From: Candidatus Falkowbacteria bacterium GW2011_GWF2_43_32
Lineage (GTDB): Bacteria > Patescibacteriota > Patescibacteriia > Patescibacteriales > UBA12465
Assembly: GCA_000999715.1 (NCBI GenBank)
Contig: LCGL01000003.1
Location: forward strand, 90,942 to 154,941
Direction of reading: 5' to 3'
Length of the DNA: 64,000 nt
The position numbers and the translations under genes are program-made. Shown here piece by piece: positions 56,279-64,000 of this stretch. Below the pieces are notes generated by a model, which searched no databases, was not told the DNA's origin, and saw nothing but the letters and a program-made list of their open reading frames with translations. Every line of letters begins with the position of its first letter. The first letter of the stretch is position 1.

Positions 56279-57188
56279 TCGTCTTTTTCAAGCCCGCCTC
56301 TAGATCAATCTTCGGTTCCCACTTCAACTTCTCTTTCGCTAAAGCGATATCCGGCTTCCTTTGCCGCGGATCGTCGGCCGGCAAATCTTTAAAAATCATT
56401 TTACTCTTGCTCTCCGGAATTAAGGTTAAAACTTTTTCTGCCAGTTCTTTAATCGTAAATTCGCCGGGATTACCCAAATTAACCGGACCAATAAAATCTG
56501 TTTCATTATTCATCATCTTAATCAACGCTTCCACCAGATCGTCCACGTATTGGAAACTCCGCGTTTGCGAACCGTCGCCGTAGATGGTAATATCTTCATT
56601 CCTTAAAGCCTGCATAATAAAATTGGACACGACGCGACCATCGGCCGGATGCATATTGGGACCATAAGTGTTGAAAATACGCACTACTCGGATATCTAAT
56701 TTATGTTGGCGATGATAATCAAAAAATAAAGTCTCGGCGCAACGCTTTCCTTCATCATAGCAAGAGCGAATGCCAATCGGATTAACCTTCCCCCAATAAC
56801 TCTCCGGCTGAGGATGAATTTCCGGATCGCCATAAACTTCGGAAGTGGAGGCCTGCAAGATTCGCGCTCGCGTCCGTTTAGCCAGGCCAAGCATATTAAT
56901 CGCTCCGTGTACCGAGGTCTTTGTCGTTTGAACCGGATCGAATTGATAATGAACCGGCGAGGCCGGACAAGCCAAATTATAAATTTGATCCACTTCCACA
57001 TAGAGCGGAAAAGTAATATCATGTCGCATCAACTCAAAACGTTGGTTGTCTAAAAGCGGCAAAATGTTTTCCTTGGTACCGGTAAAAAAATTATCTACGC
57101 ACAAAACCTCGTTCCCTTCATCCAAAAGACGACGACAAAGATGCGAACCGATAAAACCGGCGCCTCCGGTGACTAATATTTTTTTCAT
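56253..57188 (-). CDS. uxs: UDP-glucuronate decarboxylase (UDP-xylose synthase)
   Basis: 311 aa. [42 protein letters not shown] (Y-x3-K) and RIFNTYGP are typical UXS blocks. Confidence 0.9.
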   Translation of the reverse strand: MKKILVTGGAGFIGSHLCRRLLDEGNEVLCVDNFFTGTKENILPLLDNQRFELMRHDITFPLYVEVDQIYNLACPASPVHYQFDPVQTTKTSVHGAINMLGLAKRTRARILQASTSEVYGDPEIHPQPESYWGKVNPIGIRSCYDEGKRCAETLFFDYHRQHKLDIRVVRIFNTYGPNMHPADGRVVSNFIMQALRNEDITIYGDGSQTRSFQYVDDLVEALIKMMNNETDFIGPVNLGNPGEFTIKELAEKVLTLIPESKSKMIFKDLPADDPRQRKPDIALAKEKLKWEPKIDLEAGLKKTIEYFRGKI

Positions 57189-57192
57189 ACGT

Positions 57193-58173
57193 TCATTCGT
57201 AAATTTTATTCCTCTTCCCCCTCAAAACATAAAGCGGCCGTCCCAGCACTTCTTTATGAATATGGGCGATATATAAGGCGACTAAACCGAGCGAACAAAG
57301 AACAATGCCGACCAGAAAAGTCAGCAAAAGGGCCAATTGCGCCGGACCGGAAAAAGACGAAGCGTAATACCAGCCCGCGAGATACTTGCCGATTAAAACA
57401 TAAAGACCGAAAGGGCCGACCAATAAAACAATCACTATTCCCAAATAACCGGCCATCTTTAAAGGAAACAAACTCAAGGAGATAAAGCTGTTCATCGCCA
57501 GACTGATTAACTTGCGAACATTATAAGCCGCCAGACCGTCCCTTCGTTCCTTGGCTTCAAAATAAATATATTCCCGCCTGAATCCTAGCCAAGCGATCAA
57601 AGCGCGCGTCAACCGGTTTCTTTCCGTAAACTTGTTGAATTCGTCAATCACTACCCGATCCAACAAACGAAAATCCGTGGAGTTCGGCGCCAACGGCTGT
57701 TCGGAAATACGATTGATGATTTTATAAAATAAAAAAGAACCGTAGCGCTTAATCAAGCCGCAGTTCTTGTTTGTCTGTCGCACGCCGACCACCACTTCCG
57801 CTCCCCGCTCCCACTTGGCCAAAAAATCCGGAATCAGTTCCAAGGGATGTTGAAAGTCGGCATCAATCATAATCGCCGCCTCGCCGGAACAATGATTCAA
57901 TCCGGCGGTTAAAGCGATTTCTTTGCCGAAATTACGAGAAAAATCTAAAATTTTAACTCGTTCATCGCCGCTTATTTTAACTAATTCTTCCGCCGAAGAA
58001 TCTTCACTACCATCGTTGATAAAAAGTATTTCATACCGATAACCGCTCGTTTCCAGAATTTCTTTCAAAGCGACATAAAAAGACGGAATATTTTTCGCTT
58101 CATTAAAAACCGGAACTATAAGAGAAATAGTTTTATTGGCGTTCATATCTAAAAATTTTCTAAATTTTACCAA
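57193..58173 (-). CDS. Polyprenol-phosphate glycosyltransferase (GT2, GtrB/ArnC/DPM1-like)
   Basis: 326 aa. [34 protein letters not shown], plus two C-terminal TM helices. This is the architecture of lipid-phosphate sugar synthases. Confidence 0.8.
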   Translation of the reverse strand: MVKFRKFLDMNANKTISLIVPVFNEAKNIPSFYVALKEILETSGYRYEILFINDGSEDSSAEELVKISGDERVKILDFSRNFGKEIALTAGLNHCSGEAAIMIDADFQHPLELIPDFLAKWERGAEVVVGVRQTNKNCGLIKRYGSFLFYKIINRISEQPLAPNSTDFRLLDRVVIDEFNKFTERNRLTRALIAWLGFRREYIYFEAKERRDGLAAYNVRKLISLAMNSFISLSLFPLKMAGYLGIVIVLLVGPFGLYVLIGKYLAGWYYASSFSGPAQLALLLTFLVGIVLCSLGLVALYIAHIHKEVLGRPLYVLRGKRNKIYE

Positions 58174-58181
58174 AATTATCC

Positions 58182-59471
58182 CTAAAAAGCAATCTCTTCT
58201 TCCCCTCCCCCCGACATATCCTTAATCTTGTAAATTCCCTTCGCCGCCTCGTCTTCTCCCAAAATAACCACGCGGGCGATTTTTTTCTTATTGGCGAATT
58301 CCAAGGCTTTGGAAATCTTTTGTTCTTCCAGGCCGACCAGAACGTCATAACCTCGGCCACGCAATTCTTTGGCCAATTCATTGGTCGGCCAAGCCAGCTT
58401 GGCGCTCAGCAAAGGCAAATAATATTTAACCGGCTGTTCGGCTTGAATTCTGTCCGAGAGATTCCAACTGTCCAAAAATAATCTGGTCGTTTCGTCACCG
58501 ATGGCAAAACCGACGGCCGGAAAATTATTCTGGCCGAAAATCGCCGCCAAACCGTTATAGCGACCGCCGCCGAACAAAGCGCGATTGTTTTCCGGATTCT
58601 TATCAAACACTTCAAATACCAAGCCGTCATAATAATCAAAACCGCGAATGACCGTCGGATTGAATTCCACCCAATCGCCATAACCGGATTTTTCCAATCG
58701 CTCCATCACCGCCATCGTTTCTCCCAAACCGGGACGACTTTCCAATTCCGGCAATTCCGCCAACACCTCCTCCAAACTCCGGCTCTTCATGAACCGACCA
58801 ATCATGCCGATCGCTTTCTTGTCCAGACCGGCTGTTTGCAAGCGCTTGTCGGTATCGGCCGCACTTAGCTTTACCCATTTATCCAAAGTCCTGACCACCA
58901 AGGTTTTCTGGTCATCCGCCAAACGCGCGGCGCCGCTCACATCCAAAACCGCGTCAATGATTTTCCGATTATTGATCGCCAAAACGAAAGAGTCTTGCGG
59001 CGGATCCAATTCCAACATGATATCCAAAGCCAATTGCATCGCTTCAATATCGGCGTTCAAAGAATCACTGCCGAAAATATCGCAGTTCAATTGCCAAAAT
59101 TCGCGATTGCGGCCGCGCTGAGGTTTCTCGTTGCGCATAAAATTGGCCACGGAAAAATATTTCAAGGGTTTCGGACTGGAAGCATATATTTTCGTGACCA
59201 TCCTGGTAACCGAGGGCGTCATTTCCGGCCGGATAGAGAGCTCCCGACCGCCCCAATCTTCAAAAGTAACCAGTTCTTGACCGCCGATATCTTCTCCGGA
59301 TTTGGCGCGATAGATATCGGCCGCTTCCACGAGCGGAGTCAAATACTCTTCAAAGCCATAGCGCAAGCAAACGCGACGCCAAGTGTCAAAAATGTATTTC
59401 CTAATCAAAAACTCCTCCGGCAGCCAATCCCGGGTTCCTTTCGGTTCTTGATTAGATAAAATTTTGCTCAT
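58182..59471 (-). CDS. hisS: Histidine--tRNA ligase
   Basis: 429 aa. RPEMTPSVTRM, motif 2 FRNEKPQRGRNREFWQLNCDIFG, motif 3 GGGRYNGL. Confidence 0.95.
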   Translation of the reverse strand: MSKILSNQEPKGTRDWLPEEFLIRKYIFDTWRRVCLRYGFEEYLTPLVEAADIYRAKSGEDIGGQELVTFEDWGGRELSIRPEMTPSVTRMVTKIYASSPKPLKYFSVANFMRNEKPQRGRNREFWQLNCDIFGSDSLNADIEAMQLALDIMLELDPPQDSFVLAINNRKIIDAVLDVSGAARLADDQKTLVVRTLDKWVKLSAADTDKRLQTAGLDKKAIGMIGRFMKSRSLEEVLAELPELESRPGLGETMAVMERLEKSGYGDWVEFNPTVIRGFDYYDGLVFEVFDKNPENNRALFGGGRYNGLAAIFGQNNFPAVGFAIGDETTRLFLDSWNLSDRIQAEQPVKYYLPLLSAKLAWPTNELAKELRGRGYDVLVGLEEQKISKALEFANKKKIARVVILGEDEAAKGIYKIKDMSGGGEEEIAF

Positions 59472-59648
59472 ATTAGTGATTTTTAGCCCCGGTCAAAAAT
59501 GGTCCGAAGACTATTTATATCTTACTATTTTCCGCCGATTTTCGCAAATTTACAACTTATCCCCAGCAGGTAACTTTAATTCTGCAACAGCACAATATTT
59601 CTGTCATGGCTATAAATATGTTATAATTAACTTAATAATTCTAAAAAT

Positions 59649-60455
59649 ATGAAATTAACTATCTTGGGATCCGGAGGCGCAATGACCACTCCTCGACCGT
59701 TTTGTCAATGCTCCATTTGTACAAAAGCCAGAAAACTAGGCGAACCATATAAACGAAACAACAGTTCTTTATTTATTAATGATATTAATACTTTAATAGA
59801 TTGCGGTGAAGATATCGCGGATTCTCTTAATCGTCGAGACATAAAAAAAATAGACAGATTGTTAATTACTCATTGGCATCCTGATCATACCTTCGGTCTA
59901 AGGCCCCTCTTGGAAGCACATTATAATTTTCGAACTCACCAAGCCGACAAAACCATCGATCTGTATATCCCTAAAAAAGTTTTTAAAACTTTACGTCAAA
60001 AATTGCCTACTATTGATTATTGGCTTAATTATCAAAAAACTGCAAAATTACATCTTATTGAGCATGGTGATATTATAAAAATCAATAACATTTCTATAGA
60101 GGTTGTCGGCTATAATGGAAAAAATTCCGATATTTACGCTTATTTAATACACAACTCTAACAAGCGAGCTTTATATGCTCCTTGCGATACTATTGATTTT
60201 AAATATTATGAGAATATAAAAAATTTAGATTTGCTAATAAACGAGTGCGGTATGTTCTCCAAACATAAAACAGAAATCACTTTTGATAATTTGATGAAAA
60301 GAATGAAAGAAAATACACCAAAAAAATTAATCTTAACGCATATTGAGGAAGTGGAATTAAGAACTTTCGGAGAAAATATATTTTCCAAAATGAAAAATAA
60401 CTATCCGGATATTAATTTTGATTTCGCTTTTGACGGACTAAAGATTACTCTATAA
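59649..60455 (+). CDS. MBL-fold metallo-hydrolase, PhnP/PqqB-like subfamily
   Basis: 268 aa. The N-terminal ILGSGGAMTTPRPFCQCSICTKARK (C-x-C-x2-C cluster) resembles PhnP/PqqB. Metal motif LITHWHPDHTFGL (H-x-H-x-D-H). Confidence 0.75.
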   Translation: MKLTILGSGGAMTTPRPFCQCSICTKARKLGEPYKRNNSSLFINDINTLIDCGEDIADSLNRRDIKKIDRLLITHWHPDHTFGLRPLLEAHYNFRTHQADKTIDLYIPKKVFKTLRQKLPTIDYWLNYQKTAKLHLIEHGDIIKINNISIEVVGYNGKNSDIYAYLIHNSNKRALYAPCDTIDFKYYENIKNLDLLINECGMFSKHKTEITFDNLMKRMKENTPKKLILTHIEEVELRTFGENIFSKMKNNYPDINFDFAFDGLKITL

Positions 60456-60480
60456 CCCTCTCCTCTACTTTAAATATTAA

Positions 60481-60507
60481 AAAGGAAGGTTAATAAACCT
60501 TCCTTTT
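60481..60507. terminator. Bidirectional terminator between the convergent MBL and fusion genes
   Basis: aaaggaaggtt (60481-60491), loop aataa, aaccttccttt (60497-60507). Confidence 0.6.
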
Positions 60508-60510
60508 GAT

Positions 60511-62553
60511 TTAGGGGATCAAATGATCAAACGTTCTGGGAAATGGTACCGCATCGATAATAACATCAATATCTAATAATTTAGCGACTAAACGATCAAA
60601 TCCTAACCCAAATCCTCCATGATGAACGGCGCCGTCTATTATTGACAGATAAAAATTATAATCAACCGGATTAGCTCGCGAAAGCTTCATAGAATGTTCA
60701 ATTTTATTTCTGTCCACTTCCCTTAAAGCTCCACTAACCAACTCCCAGCCACAAACTATAATATCAAAGGTTTCTGTCAAAAACGGAGGCAATTGTTTAG
60801 TGTAAAACTTCTTGATATTCGAAGGATAATGTTTAATTATAAACACGTCGCTATTATTTTTTTTCTTCATAATTTCACCTAATTTTGCCTCACCAATCAC
60901 ACCTAAATCAACGCCGTATTTAAACGGGAACCCGTTATTATTTAACAGCTCTATAGCCTCCATATAGGTTATCACCGGTAATCTGTCAGGGGCTGGCAAT
61001 AATATACTGGAATTAACAAGCGCATCGTTCTTTATTGCCTCAAAAACTTGAATAATAATAGAATATGCTAACAGCATAACCTCCGTCAATGATTTAGGAG
61101 AGCTAAATTCAACATCCAATCCAATGCTTTCTTCTAAATGCCTAAAAGTATTTTCACTCTCAGCCCTCCAAAATGGGCCAATTTCAAAAACCTTCTCCAT
61201 TCCGGAAACAACCATCATCTGTTTATATAACTGATTTGATTGTCTCAAAAAAGCTTGTCCGCCTTCCGGCCAAACGACTTCTATGGCTCCACCCTTGTCT
61301 ACCTTGGGCGGATCGGTTGACACGCCAACAATATATGGCGTGCTAATCTCACAGAAATTTAAACCAAATAAGTAATTTCGAATAGCGAACAGCATCTTGC
61401 TTCGGATTTTCATGATATCAACAACATGCGGCGACAACCTCGATGAAGCAATAAATTTTTGATTAGCGACATGAATCTTGCCAATTTCTTCCTTAAGCTT
61501 TTCCGAAAAAATAACAAAATTCTTATTAATAATCTGCTTAACTTTGTTTATCTCCGACGCACGATCATTAAACGCACGATGGGCTTCACGAGATAAATCT
61601 TCAATATCTACCACAACTAATCCCGCTGTCTGCTGTTGTTGTTGATTTTGTTTAGACACGGACGGGGTAGACAAATCAATCATAATTTTTGATCCAGAAC
61701 CAATAATAAGCTCGGACACAAGCCGATTATAGTAATCAATAATTTCCTTATTATTATCTAAAGCAAAAATGATAACTTGTGCCTCATTAATTTTAATAAA
61801 ATTATCAAGACTCAACGTTTCTAATTTTGGATATTTCTTGACAATTTCAGAAATTTTATCGGTACTTCTATTGGCGGCCATAACTACATAATTAGTATCT
61901 TCTGATAAAATTTTAACTAATAAGCTCCCCGACATTCCTAATCCCAAAATACATATCTTATTGCCCTCTTCGACAGAGTCAATTATTTTGGCAACAGCGA
62001 TTCTTTCTAAAGAGGTGTTTCCAGAAAATATAGCAGTTTTTTCTTTTACTTCTGCTAACAAATCCGATAACCAGCTAGACAGCACCGACAATGTCGGATT
62101 ATTATTTTGTTTTTGTCCGGCAGATTGAACGGCATTATTAACCTGAGAAAAAACTTGAGAATCACCAATAACAACACTGTTTAATCCCAAAGCACATTCG
62201 GCAATATATTTGATCGCTGTATCATCATCATAAAAAACGATCTGATTCAAATAGTCAACAATACCATCGCAAGAAAGCTTGTCCCAGATATCGAAAAGAC
62301 AATTTTTTATGAACTCTGTGGAGATGTGTTGACTATAAACAATAACAATAATAACGGCATTACATTTTTGAACGATGGCTAACTGTTCAATATCAAACCC
62401 CAACTTTTTCTTAAATTCTTCAATCAAAAATTGAGAATCCGGAAAACTAGCAGATTTCAATATCTTCATAGAATCTTGATTAATTTTTTTAAAATTCAAT
62501 GAAGCACAGCCCACCTTCACGGGCAAACTTGAATAGAATTGATTATTTTTCAT
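60511..62553 (-). CDS. Fusion protein: glutamyl-tRNA-reductase-like domain (N) + AspRS-type class IIb aminoacyl-tRNA-synthetase catalytic core without anticodon-binding domain (C)
   Basis: 680 aa. N-terminal half: LAIVQKCNAVII (compare GluTR STCNRTE), ALGLNSVVIGDSQVFSQVNNA (compare [20 protein letters not shown]), Rossmann ICILGLGMSGSLL, AANRS. C-terminal half: motif 1 FCEISTPYIV, RQSNQLYKQ, motif 2 FWRAESENTFRHLEES, motif 3 HGGFGLGFDRLV, tail FPRTFDHLIP. Confidence 0.85.
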   Translation of the reverse strand: MKNNQFYSSLPVKVGCASLNFKKINQDSMKILKSASFPDSQFLIEEFKKKLGFDIEQLAIVQKCNAVIIVIVYSQHISTEFIKNCLFDIWDKLSCDGIVDYLNQIVFYDDDTAIKYIAECALGLNSVVIGDSQVFSQVNNAVQSAGQKQNNNPTLSVLSSWLSDLLAEVKEKTAIFSGNTSLERIAVAKIIDSVEEGNKICILGLGMSGSLLVKILSEDTNYVVMAANRSTDKISEIVKKYPKLETLSLDNFIKINEAQVIIFALDNNKEIIDYYNRLVSELIIGSGSKIMIDLSTPSVSKQNQQQQQTAGLVVVDIEDLSREAHRAFNDRASEINKVKQIINKNFVIFSEKLKEEIGKIHVANQKFIASSRLSPHVVDIMKIRSKMLFAIRNYLFGLNFCEISTPYIVGVSTDPPKVDKGGAIEVVWPEGGQAFLRQSNQLYKQMMVVSGMEKVFEIGPFWRAESENTFRHLEESIGLDVEFSSPKSLTEVMLLAYSIIIQVFEAIKNDALVNSSILLPAPDRLPVITYMEAIELLNNNGFPFKYGVDLGVIGEAKLGEIMKKKNNSDVFIIKHYPSNIKKFYTKQLPPFLTETFDIIVCGWELVSGALREVDRNKIEHSMKLSRANPVDYNFYLSIIDGAVHHGGFGLGFDRLVAKLLDIDVIIDAVPFPRTFDHLIP

Positions 62554-62796
62554 TTTTGAGGCGCTCCTATCGCCTATTTTATTTTAAAAGTACATAAATA
62601 TTCGAACTTTCATTTTTATCATATTTACAAGAAAAAAGCAATAAACCAAAAAGAACGTCTATCTTTATTTTTTCTTTAAAAAAAATTTAGATATTTTTCA
62701 TCGGCCGCGGACTATAATGGGAGTAATAATTTAAATTAAAAAGGCCGTCGGACTTTTGAATAAGCAAACGATTCAAAACCGACGACCCAAAACTTT

Positions 62797-63477
62797 ATGA
62801 AAATTCTCATCGTTGACGACGAAGCGGCCATCGTCCAATTCCTTAAAGACGGCCTGGAAGCGAACATGTATGTGGTGGAAACGGCCGCCGACGGCGAACG
62901 CGGCGCTTTCCTGGGGCGCACCGGCAATTATGATCTGATAATTCTGGATTATATGTTGCCGAAAATGAACGGCGCGGAAGTGCTGAAAGAGCTCCGGCAA
63001 GAAAAAAAACACGTGCCGGTCCTGATGCTGACGGTTAAATCCGAACTGGCCAACAAGAATGAACTGTTCACTCTCGGCGCCGACGATTACTTGAGCAAGC
63101 CCTTTCTGTTTGAAGAATTGCTTTTGCGCGTCCGGGCGCTGTTGAAACGACCGCCGAAAGTTGAAGGCGAAATTCTTAAAATTGACAACCTCACTCTAAA
63201 CACGCGCAGTAAAGTAATCCGGCGCGGCGGTCGGGAAATTTATCTGACGCGGCGAGAATTCGCTCTCCTGGAATATTTTCTGCTCAATCGCGATAAAATC
63301 GTTTCGCGCAGTCAGATTCTGGATCATGTCTGGGATTATAACGCCGACCCTTTTTCCAATTCGGTGGAAACGCATCTGGCCAGCCTGCGGCGAAAAATTA
63401 ATCTTAACAAAAACCGCAACCTGATTCATACTTTCACCGGTCGCGGCTATAAATTGGCTTTGAACAAATTAAACTAA
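62797..63477 (+). CDS. OmpR/PhoB-family response regulator
   Basis: 226 aa. MKILIVDDE, DLIILDYMLPKMNG (phospho-acceptor Asp), LSKPF, and the winged-helix LTRREFALLEYFLLN...GRGYKL. No histidine kinase is visible in the window. Confidence 0.9.
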   Translation: MKILIVDDEAAIVQFLKDGLEANMYVVETAADGERGAFLGRTGNYDLIILDYMLPKMNGAEVLKELRQEKKHVPVLMLTVKSELANKNELFTLGADDYLSKPFLFEELLLRVRALLKRPPKVEGEILKIDNLTLNTRSKVIRRGGREIYLTRREFALLEYFLLNRDKIVSRSQILDHVWDYNADPFSNSVETHLASLRRKINLNKNRNLIHTFTGRGYKLALNKLN

Positions 63478-64000
63478 AGAAATTTTCTGCCCTTTAATTT
63501 ATCCGGCAAATATTCCTGCCGACTGTCGTCTTCCAGGGGAGTATATTTGTAGTCTTTGGCATAACCCAAATCCTTCATTAATTTTGTCGGCGCGTTGCGC
63601 AAATGAAGCGGTACCGGCAAATTTCCCGAAGTCTCCACCTCTTTCTTGGCGGCTTCATAGGCGGTATAGGCGGCAATGCTTTTGCTTGATTTGGCCAAAT
63701 AAACGGCACAGTGCGCCAAATTGACGCCGCATTCCGGCAAACCGATTTTATGGCAAGCGTCATAGGTAGCGTTGGCCAACAATAGAGCGCTGTTATTGGC
63801 CAAACCGATGTCTTCGGAAGCGAAGCGAATCAAGCGCCGGGCGATATACAGAGGATCTTCGCCGGCTTCAATCATCCGCACCAAATAATAAACGGCGGCA
63901 TCGGCCTGTCCGCCGCGCAATGATTTGTGAAGGGCAGAAATCAGATTATAATGCTCTTCCCCATCTTTATCGTATAACAAGTTCGGTTTATTAATGATGT
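63474..64000 (-). CDS. rarA: Replication-associated recombination protein A (RarA/MgsA), C-terminal part; N-terminus lies beyond the right edge
   Basis: HYNLISALHKSLRGGQADAAVYYLVRMIEAGEDPLYIARRLIRFASEDIGLAN is the MgsA C-terminal domain. The frame stays open upstream of the track's TTG start, up to position 64000. Confidence 0.85.
   Translation of the reverse strand, partial: IINKPNLLYDKDGEEHYNLISALHKSLRGGQADAAVYYLVRMIEAGEDPLYIARRLIRFASEDIGLANNSALLLANATYDACHKIGLPECGVNLAHCAVYLAKSSKSIAAYTAYEAAKKEVETSGNLPVPLHLRNAPTKLMKDLGYAKDYKYTPLEDDSRQEYLPDKLKGRKFL

Noticed and set aside
58160-58381. 73-aa ORF bridging the hisS end and the GT2 start, and other short ORFs nested in hisS (58406..58681, 58636..58878, 59065..59256)
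   Set aside because: They overlap the well-supported hisS frame, and their translations are Arg/Trp/Lys-rich with no motif. I treat them as alternative-frame artefacts.
60511-62553. Annotating the 680-aa ORF simply as hemA (heme biosynthesis) or simply as aspS/asnS
   Set aside because: The substrate-binding Arg of the GluTR TCNRTE motif is replaced (KCNAVI), and no hemL or other tetrapyrrole genes are nearby. The synthetase half lacks an anticodon-binding domain, so neither canonical function fits.
1-64000. CRISPR arrays, rRNA genes, toxin-antitoxin pairs and restriction-modification genes
   Set aside because: I looked for regularly spaced 25-40-bp repeats and for rRNA-like conserved stretches in all intergenic regions and found none. 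The only tandem or dispersed repeats are the 18-bp coding repeats at 19470-19541 and the 338/340-bp pair. No small adjacent gene pair or methylase/endonuclease motif suggested TA or RM systems.

Overview
This 64-kb window appears to come from a small-genome bacterium of the Candidate Phyla Radiation (Patescibacteria/Parcubacteria type). That placement is an inference from gene content: a DUF4012 protein, a sigma-region-4/HARE-HTH protein, a truncated TsaB, a short mraZ-rsmH-ftsL-ftsI-murF block, and surface proteins carrying 'GEAWYVNP...YYLGRPADAF' modules. Nearly all genes are on the minus strand.

Layout:
(1) 1-10.1 kb: envelope and glycosylation genes (a partial membrane protein absent from the ORF track, DUF4012, GT4, GT2, rmlA/rmlD).
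(2) 10.9-16.1 kb: a short dcw block. It is driven by a near-consensus promoter whose spacer and 5' UTR carry GTGG-type direct repeats, a candidate MraZ operator.
(3) 16.2-21.1 kb: housekeeping genes (tsaB, dus, cysS, tRNA-Val-CAC, tRNA-Leu-CAG, rnhB).
(4) 21.1-29.3 kb: two surface proteins of 2075 aa and 499 aa that share a C-terminal module. Their 3' ends plus terminators form a 338/340-bp direct repeat of about 99 percent identity, and a 2-bp indel truncates the giant gene.
(5) 29.3-58.2 kb: a roughly 26-gene glycan locus. The stretch 29.3-53.6 kb is strongly AT-rich. It contains a Fom1/Fom2/FomC-like phosphonate cassette (cytidylyltransferase-PEP mutase fusion, phosphonopyruvate decarboxylase, iron-type alcohol dehydrogenase). 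It also holds a TagF-like transferase, GT-C-type membrane enzymes, a split transketolase, three methyltransferases, a B12-radical-SAM enzyme, UXS and a polyprenol-phosphate GT2.
(6) hisS.
(7) 59.5-62.7 kb: a second AT-rich islet with a PhnP/PqqB-like MBL hydrolase and a 680-aa ORF. That ORF fuses a glutamyl-tRNA-reductase-like domain to an AspRS-type class II synthetase core lacking an anticodon-binding domain. This is my top candidate for an undescribed system.
(8) An OmpR-type response regulator and a partial rarA.

I saw no rRNA, CRISPR array, transposase, integrase or phage genes. All calls rest on motif recognition by eye in the supplied translations and on hand inspection of the DNA. No database search, HMM or structure prediction was run.
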